DNA of 33,349 bases, taken from positions 1-33,349 of IMG/VR virus record IMGVR_UViG_3300032321_000208; one strand, given 5' to 3'. Numbering within the stretch: position 1 is the stretch's first letter; the number at the start of each line of letters is the position of its first letter. Below the pieces are notes generated by a model, which was not told the origin of the DNA, did no database searches, and saw only the letters and a program-made list of their open reading frames with translations. This document shows, piece after piece, positions 26,104-33,349 of the stretch. Origin of the DNA: a virus (lineage: Duplodnaviria; Caudoviricetes). A program made the translations under genes and the position numbers.

Positions 26104-26304
26104 CATCATTAGTGCCATATATGACACTTAGTGATGGAAAAATCCAACAATTATACTATTTGGCATATAAATGTATAATATATTGCACTTTTATATGCTA
26201 TTGGGTATAAAATGTATAATATAGTTTACAAATCTGCATGAATTTTTCCGAATTATCATGCAGAATATGTCACAATTTGTCAAATAATTGTGACATATTC
26301 GGAA
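26104..26304. repeat. Array of abutting inverted repeats
   Basis: CATCATTA/TAGTGATG; TTATAC..TGGCATATAA/TTATATGCTA..GTATAA; TCTGCATGA/TCATGCAGA; and a perfect 15-bp GAATATGTCACAATT/AATTGTGACATATTC. Confidence 0.85.
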
Positions 26305-26333
26305 GTGTGCATTACTAATATAAACTATTCAAC

Positions 26334-26576
26334 ATGGAAGATAATGTAATCAATAGACTTGTTCCTAGACTTAAAAAGATAGGTATAGAAGTACAATTAT
26401 TTGGTAATTATCCATGGATATACCTAGATAGTGTAAATGGCAATAAAATAAAGAAAGAAGATTACTATCTTGGTAATCATGGATTTACCATTGCATTTTA
26501 TCCTATTAGACCAGGTGAAGTAATGGAAATCACTGATATAGGTAAAACATTTGAGATTATCAGAAAGTACAAATAA
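26334..26576 (+). CDS. Hypothetical phage protein
   Basis: 80 aa with 'RLKKIGIEVQL.GNYPWIYLD.VNG'. Confidence 0.7.
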   Translation: MEDNVINRLVPRLKKIGIEVQLFGNYPWIYLDSVNGNKIKKEDYYLGNHGFTIAFYPIRPGEVMEITDIGKTFEIIRKYK

Positions 26577-26579
26577 CAC

Positions 26580-26605
26580 AAGCCTCAGAGAAATCTGGGG
26601 CTTTT
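26580..26605 (+). terminator. Rho-independent terminator
   Basis: AAGCCTCAGA-GAAA-TCTGGGGCTT followed by TT; GNRA loop. Confidence 0.75.
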
Positions 26606-26628
26606 CACATTTAAACACAAATACAATC

Positions 26629-27180
26629 ATGGGAGCACAACAATTTATTACAAGACAAAGAGGTAGAAATGAACAAGTAGCATTTGATCAAGCAGTAGAG
26701 AATGCTATCGAAGAGTATGGTAATGATCCTTACAATGGTACAATCAGCACATGTACTAGCTATCAAGATGTTACACTAGAGTTCAAACGTTCCACATTGG
26801 ATAAAATGAGCTTTATTAACAAGAAGCTAGAAGAATCTGATAAACGTCAATGCTTTGCTATCACAGAACTAGAACCAATGGTTAACACCAACAAGATTAA
26901 GACTGTTGTTGATCATGAAGTTATCAAAGGAACCAGTAAGTGGGAACTTAGATACAATGTGTATGCAGGATGGGATGATAGACAAGTAGACTCTGCTAAA
27001 ACAAAAGCTGAAGCTGTTACTATTGCACGTAACTACACTGAGAAAACAAAGACTACTACATTTGTAAGAATGGAGAAGAAGCTTGTTAATCAGAATCCTA
27101 ATGTAGCATCTATTAAATACAAGGAATCATCTACAGAACGTGAAGGAAGTTATGTATTTTTTGGTTGGGGGGCTTGTTAA
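26629..27180 (+). CDS. Hypothetical phage protein
   Basis: Likely start MGAQQF at 26629, after the terminator and ACAATC leader. Motifs 'EEYGNDPYNGTIST' and 'YVFFGWGAC'. Confidence 0.75.
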   Translation: MGAQQFITRQRGRNEQVAFDQAVENAIEEYGNDPYNGTISTCTSYQDVTLEFKRSTLDKMSFINKKLEESDKRQCFAITELEPMVNTNKIKTVVDHEVIKGTSKWELRYNVYAGWDDRQVDSAKTKAEAVTIARNYTEKTKTTTFVRMEKKLVNQNPNVASIKYKESSTEREGSYVFFGWGAC

Positions 27181-27377
27181 ATATGATACACATGGAAGAT
27201 TACGAACGGGAAAGTCTAAAGGATTTAGTATATTTACAAGAGGATATTGAGCTGCTACGTAAAGAAGTGCAAATGGAAGTAAACAAGAGACAACCAGCTA
27301 AGATCCAAGTGATTGACGTAGATAGAATGTTACAAAAACAAAGAGATGAATCTAAAATTAACACTTTACCATTTTAA
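27177..27377 (+). CDS. Hypothetical protein
   Basis: Same frame as track ORF 27165..27377. The true start is probably the ATG at 27183 (MIHMEDYERE). Confidence 0.55.
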   Translation, partial: LNMIHMEDYERESLKDLVYLQEDIELLRKEVQMEVNKRQPAKIQVIDVDRMLQKQRDESKINTLPF

Positions 27378-27972
27378 TACTTTACAAAAATCTGGATTCA
27401 CATTAGACATGGTTTTCCTTCTCAAACTAGGGGAGGAAGGCCATGATCTTAAAGCTCTTTGTGCTAATGATCCCAAGATGGAAATCATCTATCAAGGGAT
27501 ACGTAGGAAAGGACTAATATCAGAGAATGATAAGATCACACTCACAGGTAACAATGTATTGAAGTTCCTCAATGAGGAAGCACCAAAGGATAAGATTATC
27601 AAGAAGAAAGCATCTAACGAAGAGTTTGATAGATGGTGGAAAGCTTTTCCTGGTACAGATACATTCAAGCATGCAGGTAAGACATTCTCAGGTACTAGAG
27701 CTCTACGTAGATCTATCGATGATTGTAGAATCAAGTTTAACAGCATTCTATCAGAGGGTGAGTATACAGCAGATGATTTGATAGCAGCACTGGAGTTTGA
27801 TGTCTTACAGAAAAAAGAGAACTCAGTGAAGAACAATGATAACAAGCTGAAGTATATTCAGAACTCTCTTACATATCTCACACAGAGAAGCTTTGAGCCT
27901 TTCATTGAGTTAGTTAGAGAAGGAATAGTAGTTAAAGCAGCAACCAAAACAACAGGAGGTACAGACATATGA
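27346..27972 (+). CDS. Putative replication initiator/helicase loader-like protein
   Basis: N-terminal wHTH-like region. C-domain 'FDRWWKAFP...KYIQNSLTYLTQRSFE' resembles phage replisome-organiser C-termini. Lies upstream of DnaB. Confidence 0.55.
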   Translation: MNLKLTLYHFNTLQKSGFTLDMVFLLKLGEEGHDLKALCANDPKMEIIYQGIRRKGLISENDKITLTGNNVLKFLNEEAPKDKIIKKKASNEEFDRWWKAFPGTDTFKHAGKTFSGTRALRRSIDDCRIKFNSILSEGEYTADDLIAALEFDVLQKKENSVKNNDNKLKYIQNSLTYLTQRSFEPFIELVREGIVVKAATKTTGGTDI

Positions 27973-28190
27973 CACCAAGAGAGAAAGCAATAGAATTGTA
28001 TAACAAGTTCTATGATTTGGCGACTGTTGTGATTGATATGAAAGTTAAGAAATATGTTACTAAACAGTGTGCTATAATTCATGTTCAGGAGATTTTTAAC
28101 ATAGATTTCCCTTGTTATCCATCTCAAGAAGATTATGACCAATTTGTAAATTACTGGCAAGAAGTTAAACAAGAGATAGAGAAGCTATGA
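27969..28190 (+). CDS. Small phage protein (MTP.EKA.EL...YWQEVKQEIEKL type)
   Basis: Recurrent motif of Bacteroidota phages; ATGA-coupled on both sides. Confidence 0.7.
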   Translation: MTPREKAIELYNKFYDLATVVIDMKVKKYVTKQCAIIHVQEIFNIDFPCYPSQEDYDQFVNYWQEVKQEIEKL

Positions 28191-29248
28191 GTTTTCAGGA
28201 TTTAAGTAAAGCAGTCCAAGATGGACTAGATGGTAGAAACAATGGAATCCCTATGGGGTTTGATAGACTGAATAGATACATTGGTATTCGTAAGTCTATG
28301 TATACATTGGTGGGTGGCTTAACTGGTTCAGGTAAGACTTCATTCATTGATGATGCATACGTGCTTAATCCATTTGATTGGTATGTTAACGGAGACACTA
28401 ATGGTGTTAAGTTAAAGATTATCTATCGATCAATGGAGAGGAGTAGAACGTATAAACTAGCAAAGTGGGTAGCCAGAAAGATATTCCTAGACAGTGGATA
28501 TCTTATACCTGTATCTAGACTGCTAGGATGGACTGAGAAGATGACCAAAGATGAACATGATTTGTTTCTGATGCAAGAAGAGTATATTGGCTTGATGAAA
28601 GATACTATTACAATCATTGATGGTGCAGAGAACCCAGTGGGTATTGCAAAAGACCTAAAGAAGCATGCTGTAGCTAATGGTGAGATTGTAGAGATTGATG
28701 AATACACTAGAAAGTATATACCAAACAATAATAATGAGGTGACACTTGTTGTTGTTGATCATATTGGTCTATTAAAACTTACTAAGGATCAACCTACAAA
28801 GAAACAAGCAATTGATAAGATGAGTGATGAACTACGCTATGCCAGAGATTTCTATGGTTATAGTCCAGTTGTTGTTAGTCAGTTCAATCGTGACATTTCT
28901 AATCCCACTAGACTAAAGAATGGTGATGTAGAACCACAGTTGGAAGACTTTGCAGACAGTTCAAGCACACAGAACGATGCTGATGTTGTATTAGCACTAT
29001 TTGATCCTATGAGATACAAGGTTGAAGATCCAAGTGGATATCAACTAGACAAGCTCAAGGATGACTTTGGTGCAAAGTATTTCAGAAGCGTTAGATTAAT
29101 CAAGAATAGCTTTGGTGAAGATGATGTTAGAATTGGTCTAGGCTTCTTAGGTCAGATAGGTATGTTCAAAGAACTACCAAGACTCAAGAACATGGATGAT
29201 AGCATCTATCAATCTGTAGTTAACAAAACATTCTTTTTAGAACAATGA
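28187..29248 (+). CDS. dnaB: DnaB-like replicative helicase (SF4)
   Basis: GLTGSGKT, SME, VVVDHIGLL, SQFNR, QNDADVVLAL, LIKN. Confidence 0.88.
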   Translation: MSFQDLSKAVQDGLDGRNNGIPMGFDRLNRYIGIRKSMYTLVGGLTGSGKTSFIDDAYVLNPFDWYVNGDTNGVKLKIIYRSMERSRTYKLAKWVARKIFLDSGYLIPVSRLLGWTEKMTKDEHDLFLMQEEYIGLMKDTITIIDGAENPVGIAKDLKKHAVANGEIVEIDEYTRKYIPNNNNEVTLVVVDHIGLLKLTKDQPTKKQAIDKMSDELRYARDFYGYSPVVVSQFNRDISNPTRLKNGDVEPQLEDFADSSSTQNDADVVLALFDPMRYKVEDPSGYQLDKLKDDFGAKYFRSVRLIKNSFGEDDVRIGLGFLGQIGMFKELPRLKNMDDSIYQSVVNKTFFLEQ

Positions 29249-30333
29249 GTTTAAGAGATCAAAGACAGAAAGAGTTTGCTGATGTATGGTTGGCAAAGAA
29301 ATGGGGTATCCTAAATCTCTGTCCCAGGTTTGGTAAGATATATACAACAATTAACATTTTGGAAAAAATGAATTCAAATATATCTATCATAATTGCCTAT
29401 CCTGACGTTAAAATCAAGGATTCTTGGGAAGAAGATTTCAAAGCACGTGAATACAACAATTCAAACATTACCTATACAACACACCTATCCATGCATAAAC
29501 ATGAAGACATCTCATACGATATGGTAATCATTGATGAGATACACTTACTGAGTGATGCACAACTAGATGCTTGTAAAGAGTTGATGAATAATAGCATGGT
29601 GTTAGGACTAACAGGTACGCTGTCCTCATGGACAGAATCAGAGCTAGATCAAAGGTTACGCTTACCAGTGATTGCACACTATCCTATTGAGCAGGCTATT
29701 GAAGAAGGAGTTATTGTGGACTATCAGATCACAGTGCTTAAAGTTCCTTTAGATAACATAGTTGTCCAGGAAGTGAAAGGTAAAGCTAGAACTGAGAAGA
29801 AGCACTACGATGCTACTAGTTGGGTAATTGATAAACTTGATAAACAAGGGCAGAATACAATGATGCTACGTTTAAAGAGAATGAGGATTATACAAAATAG
29901 TATAGCTAAGTTAGCTCTGACTAGACAGTTATTACAGAAGTATGAACAAGAACGTATTCTTGTATTCTGTGGTACAACAGATATGGCTGATAGCTTGGGT
30001 ATACACTCACATCACAGCAAGTCACTGGATAAAGATACATTCAGAAGATTTGCTGAGGGTGAAGGTAATCATATGGCTGTAGTGAAGATTGGTAACACGG
30101 GTGTAACCTATAAACCATTGAACAAGGTGATATTGAATTACTTTGACAGTAATGCAGAGAACCTAGCTCAGAAAGTGAACAGATGTATGGCTATGGAGTA
30201 TAGTAATCCTGATAAGAAAGCAGACATTTATATCATTTCTACTGATGAACCAGTAGAGGAAAAATGGTTAAATAAAGCTCTAGAGTTCTTTGATAAAGAG
30301 AAGATTAGGTTTGTAAATGTTAACAGAAATTAG
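29245..30333 (+). CDS. SF2 (DExH) helicase-like protein
   Basis: Q motif 'LRDQRQ', motif I 'PRFGKI', IIDEIH, GLTGT, 'ILVFC'. Confidence 0.8.
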   Translation: MSLRDQRQKEFADVWLAKKWGILNLCPRFGKIYTTINILEKMNSNISIIIAYPDVKIKDSWEEDFKAREYNNSNITYTTHLSMHKHEDISYDMVIIDEIHLLSDAQLDACKELMNNSMVLGLTGTLSSWTESELDQRLRLPVIAHYPIEQAIEEGVIVDYQITVLKVPLDNIVVQEVKGKARTEKKHYDATSWVIDKLDKQGQNTMMLRLKRMRIIQNSIAKLALTRQLLQKYEQERILVFCGTTDMADSLGIHSHHSKSLDKDTFRRFAEGEGNHMAVVKIGNTGVTYKPLNKVILNYFDSNAENLAQKVNRCMAMEYSNPDKKADIYIISTDEPVEEKWLNKALEFFDKEKIRFVNVNRN

Positions 30334-30341
30334 TAACTTTA
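30310..30341 (+). promoter_or_regulatory. Bacteroidota sigmaA-like promoter
   Basis: TTTG (30310-30313), 20-nt spacer, TAACTTTA (30334-30341), 28 nt before the ATG at 30370. Confidence 0.55.
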
Positions 30342-30369
30342 AGTAAATAAATAACTAAATAATATAAAC

Positions 30370-31041
30370 ATGGCAAGCAAATTAATCGGGGTTGTGGGCT
30401 CAACTGGTACTGGTAAATCTACCTCTATCAAGCACCTAGATCCAAAGGAAACCTACATCATTAATGTAGCAAAGAAAGAGTTACCATTCAAAGGTGCTGA
30501 CAAATTGTACAACGCTGAAAGCAAGAACTACAAGGAGATTGATGATGCAAATGAGATCACTCGTTTGTTAAAGACTATCTCTGAGAAAGCTACACACATC
30601 AAGAACATTGTAATTGAGGATTCTAATTACATCATGGGTTTTAGTATTGTATCTAAAGCTACTGAGATTGGTTTCACTAAGTTTTCTATCATGGCAAGAG
30701 ACATGGTTGAACTATTTAGAGAAGCTCGTAAATTGCGTGACGATTTGAAAGTGTTCTACTTTACACACCCAGAAACTATTGAAGAATCAGGTGAGGTGGT
30801 AGGATACAAGATCAAGACAGCAGGTAAGTTGATCGATAATCAAATTGTATTAGAAGGTTTATTGACTATTTGTCTCTACACTTATGTGGATGAGAACAAA
30901 GATGGTACATCTACCTATAACTTCGTAACTAATCGTTACAGAAAGTATCCTGCTAAGAGTCCTGATGGTATGTTTACGGACATCAAGATTCCTAATAACT
31001 TACAAGAAGTAGTAAACAAAATAGACGAGTATTATAACTAA
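30370..31041 (+). CDS. P-loop ATPase (AAA_24/Sak4-like recombination protein)
   Basis: GSTGTGKS, 'IVIED', 'AKSPDGMF...IPNNL'. Located before the SSB-like gene. Confidence 0.8.
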   Translation: MASKLIGVVGSTGTGKSTSIKHLDPKETYIINVAKKELPFKGADKLYNAESKNYKEIDDANEITRLLKTISEKATHIKNIVIEDSNYIMGFSIVSKATEIGFTKFSIMARDMVELFREARKLRDDLKVFYFTHPETIEESGEVVGYKIKTAGKLIDNQIVLEGLLTICLYTYVDENKDGTSTYNFVTNRYRKYPAKSPDGMFTDIKIPNNLQEVVNKIDEYYN

Positions 31042-31069
31042 TTTTAAACAATAAATAAACAAAGAAACC

Positions 31070-31936
31070 ATGGCAGTAGGAGGAAACGTAAGAGAATCTC
31101 AAGGTACAACAGACTTCAAGAAGAAAGTAGGGTATTTTGAAGCAGAAGTAATTGCAATCAATCCAACACTAGAAGAATACAAAGATCTTCTTGGTATTGA
31201 ATTGAAAGAAGACAGTAAGGCAACTGAGTATTTATCAGTGTCAACAGATGGTACATCTAAAGTGAGAGTAGATGTATGGTTACAAGATGTAAAAGGTGGA
31301 GACAAGTTTAAGTTAGCATTTTGGTTGGAAGACAGTAAGAAGCAGAACAAAGACAAGACTAAGAAGCAATATATCAATAACATTGGTATCACTTCTTGGG
31401 CTGCTGATGAGTCTGATCTACCAACATGGTTTGCTAAACGTGACTATCGTGTATCTTATGTAGGTGAATCAGAGTTCTTAGAGTTTTTACGTAACTGGTT
31501 ATCAGGTATTGATTTCTCTGCAGACAGTGCTGAACTTATGTTAGAATGGCGAAAGGTTATTGCTGGAAACTTGAAAGAGTGGAAAGATGAGATTGGTGGT
31601 AAGTATACTAAAACAGTAGGTGTACTAGCAACAGTTAAAACTGTAGAGAAAGAAGATGGACCTGTGTCTTATCAGTCTGTATACAGTAAAGCATTCTTCC
31701 CAGGCTATGCTATCAAGCAAATGCGTCAAGTAGATTTCAACAACCAAGATGTTGTTCGTCAATTGAAGTTCAAGCCTAGCAAAGAACTAAAACCTTATGA
31801 GCGTTTTGTTCTTAATGTAGTAGGTGAGTATGGATGCAAAGAGTATTATACATTCAAGGACTTACATGAATATGATCCAGCTAGTAACCTAGTTGAATCA
31901 AATGCTTTCATCTCTGATGATGGAGGAGACTTTTAG
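31070..31936 (+). CDS. Probable single-stranded DNA-binding protein
   Basis: Aromatic, beta-rich body with an acidic C-tail ending DDGGDF. Follows the Sak4-like ATPase and has its own terminator. Confidence 0.6.
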   Translation: MAVGGNVRESQGTTDFKKKVGYFEAEVIAINPTLEEYKDLLGIELKEDSKATEYLSVSTDGTSKVRVDVWLQDVKGGDKFKLAFWLEDSKKQNKDKTKKQYINNIGITSWAADESDLPTWFAKRDYRVSYVGESEFLEFLRNWLSGIDFSADSAELMLEWRKVIAGNLKEWKDEIGGKYTKTVGVLATVKTVEKEDGPVSYQSVYSKAFFPGYAIKQMRQVDFNNQDVVRQLKFKPSKELKPYERFVLNVVGEYGCKEYYTFKDLHEYDPASNLVESNAFISDDGGDF

Positions 31937-31957
31937 TTGAAAATAGTTCCGATCAGC

Positions 31958-31992
31958 AGAGCCCATTCTATCTTAGTTTGGGCTCTCTTTTT
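31958..31992 (+). terminator. Rho-independent terminator
   Basis: AGAGCCCA/TGGGCTCT stem followed by CTTTTT. Confidence 0.75.
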
Positions 31993-32009
31993 GTTAAACC
32001 AACAACAAT

Positions 32010-33023
32010 ATGCCAATTAACGGAAGAATGAAGCTTATGCCTATCAATGCTGATAGCATATTGCAGAAGGTTAGTGAGTATGATATATTCAGGTATTACA
32101 TGCCAAACAGTGATTGGAAACCTAATAATGTTACCTTCTCTCCATTTAGGAATGAGAAGACACCATCATTTATGATTGGTAACAAACATGGTAGACTAAC
32201 ATTCATTGATTTTGGTGACACTAGTAAGAGAGGCAGTTGTTTTGATTTTGTTAAGATGCTATTCAACATCCCAGAGTATCAGGATGCACTAAAGCTAATT
32301 GACAGAGACTTAGGACTAGGACTCACTAGAGAAACTAATACCCAAGATTATAAGAGGATTGTCACTGAGTATAAACAACCAGTGAGAATGCAGAAAACAT
32401 ACTCGAAGATTCAAGTTATTACTAAAAAGTTTACCAAAGATGAACTAGCATATTGGAACCAGTATCATATTGATATACAGGATCTCAAAGACAACAATGT
32501 GTATAGCATCTCTAAAGTGTATCTAAACAAGCAGCTATTTCCTGCTCCAATGGATGAGCTTAGATTTGGTTATCTCTATGGTGATAAGTGGAAAATCTAT
32601 CGACCTTATGCTAAAGATAAGCGTAGCAAATGGGTACCAAACAATGTACCTATTACAGCAATGGATGGTAAAGAGAACATCAAAGACTGTGATGTAGCAT
32701 TTATCAACAAATCAAAGAAGGATTATATGGTGATGAAGAAACTATTCCTGTGCAGTTGTGCTGTACAGAATGAGGGCTTAGGTTGTTTCTCTCCTGAGAA
32801 TGTAGAGTATATCAAGAGTAATTCTGCTAGTCAGATTCTCAGTTTTGACTCAGACATAACAGGTGTAGAGAACTCACAACAGATCACACAACTATTCGAC
32901 TTTGATTACTGTAATGTTCCCAGGAAGTATTTATCTGAGGGCATTAAAGATTGGGCAGACCTTGCTAGAGTGCATGGTTTGAAAGCAGTAGAAGAGTATT
33001 TATTAGAGAAACAATTAATATAA
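32010..33023 (+). CDS. DNA primase (DnaG-like, Toprim)
   Basis: Degenerate Zn-ribbon 'SPFRNEKTPSF...DFG...FDFV', Toprim 'FDSDITG', and 'KDWAD'. Confidence 0.85.
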   Translation: MPINGRMKLMPINADSILQKVSEYDIFRYYMPNSDWKPNNVTFSPFRNEKTPSFMIGNKHGRLTFIDFGDTSKRGSCFDFVKMLFNIPEYQDALKLIDRDLGLGLTRETNTQDYKRIVTEYKQPVRMQKTYSKIQVITKKFTKDELAYWNQYHIDIQDLKDNNVYSISKVYLNKQLFPAPMDELRFGYLYGDKWKIYRPYAKDKRSKWVPNNVPITAMDGKENIKDCDVAFINKSKKDYMVMKKLFLCSCAVQNEGLGCFSPENVEYIKSNSASQILSFDSDITGVENSQQITQLFDFDYCNVPRKYLSEGIKDWADLARVHGLKAVEEYLLEKQLI

Positions 33024-33208
33024 TGGTAAGAGATAATCGTGATTTAGCAATTCTTATTGTTAATAAGCTTGTAGAAGAAGGACTTATTCCTGATTGTACA
33101 GACAGAAATTATGCAGATCCAGATTATGAAATTGAATGGGAAGTTCAGGACATTATTGAAGATGTGTTAGACAAGTATTTATTCACAAACAAAAAAATAG
33201 AAATATAA
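33023..33208 (+). CDS. Hypothetical protein
   Basis: 61 aa, TAATG-coupled. Confidence 0.65.
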   Translation: MVRDNRDLAILIVNKLVEEGLIPDCTDRNYADPDYEIEWEVQDIIEDVLDKYLFTNKKIEI

Positions 33209-33349
33209 TGGGAAGATATTATTCAGGAGACATCGAAGGTAAATTCTGGTTCGGTGTACAAAGCTCAATGGTAGCAAGTGATAGATTTGGATGCCATGAA
33301 AGTGATCCAAGTCATGTAGATTTTTATGTAGAAGAACATCAATTACCTA
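33208..33349 (+). CDS. Hypothetical phage protein (partial)
   Basis: MGRYYSGDIEGKFWFGVQSS..., open to the window end. Confidence 0.65.
   Translation, partial: MGRYYSGDIEGKFWFGVQSSMVASDRFGCHESDPSHVDFYVEEHQLP

Noticed and set aside
26104-26304. CRISPR array or LexA-box interpretation
   Set aside because: No identical repeats with spacers and no cas genes. GGAAAAATCC is GGA-N4-TCC, not the GGA-N5-TCC spacing of Bacteroidota SOS boxes.
18250-31392. Minus-strand and off-frame ORFs in the right arm (e.g. 18250..18456, 22653..22946, 24753..25118, 25230..25643, 27492..27845, 28423..28728, 31099..31392)
   Set aside because: They overlap real genes or the ribozyme and have shadow-like composition.
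1-33349. Stop-codon reassignment (TAG/TGA), known in some crAss-like phages
   Set aside because: Terminase, portal, MCP, PolB and primase are full length under the standard code, and TAG and TGA end genes at sensible, often coupled, positions.

Overview
This is about 33 kb of an AT-rich crAss-like (Crassvirales-type) phage genome, probably with a Bacteroidota host. Support for the host: TTTG/TTG-N19-21-TAnnTTT(G/A) promoters, A/C-rich SD-less start regions and a lipobox protein. The left half (minus strand, 1-16.9 kb) is the late virion module: wHTH and HU/IHF-like proteins, terminase, portal, acidic scaffold-like protein, major capsid protein, conserved crAss capsid-module genes, Cys-rich structural proteins and a metallophosphoesterase. 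After a strand switch with a GC-rich homopolymer/palindrome patch (~16.9-17.1 kb), the right half (plus strand) has many small early genes. It then carries the replication module: PolB, DnaB, SF2 helicase, AAA ATPase, SSB-like protein and primase. The standard genetic code fits. The most notable signals are non-coding: a twister-like ribozyme (18279-18389), a large nested multi-stem structure before the first plus-strand gene (17129-17347), a T-loop three-way junction plus a C-rich hairpin after the capsid gene (7096-7238), and an array of distinct palindromes (26104-26304). All calls come from reading motifs by eye; no searches were run.
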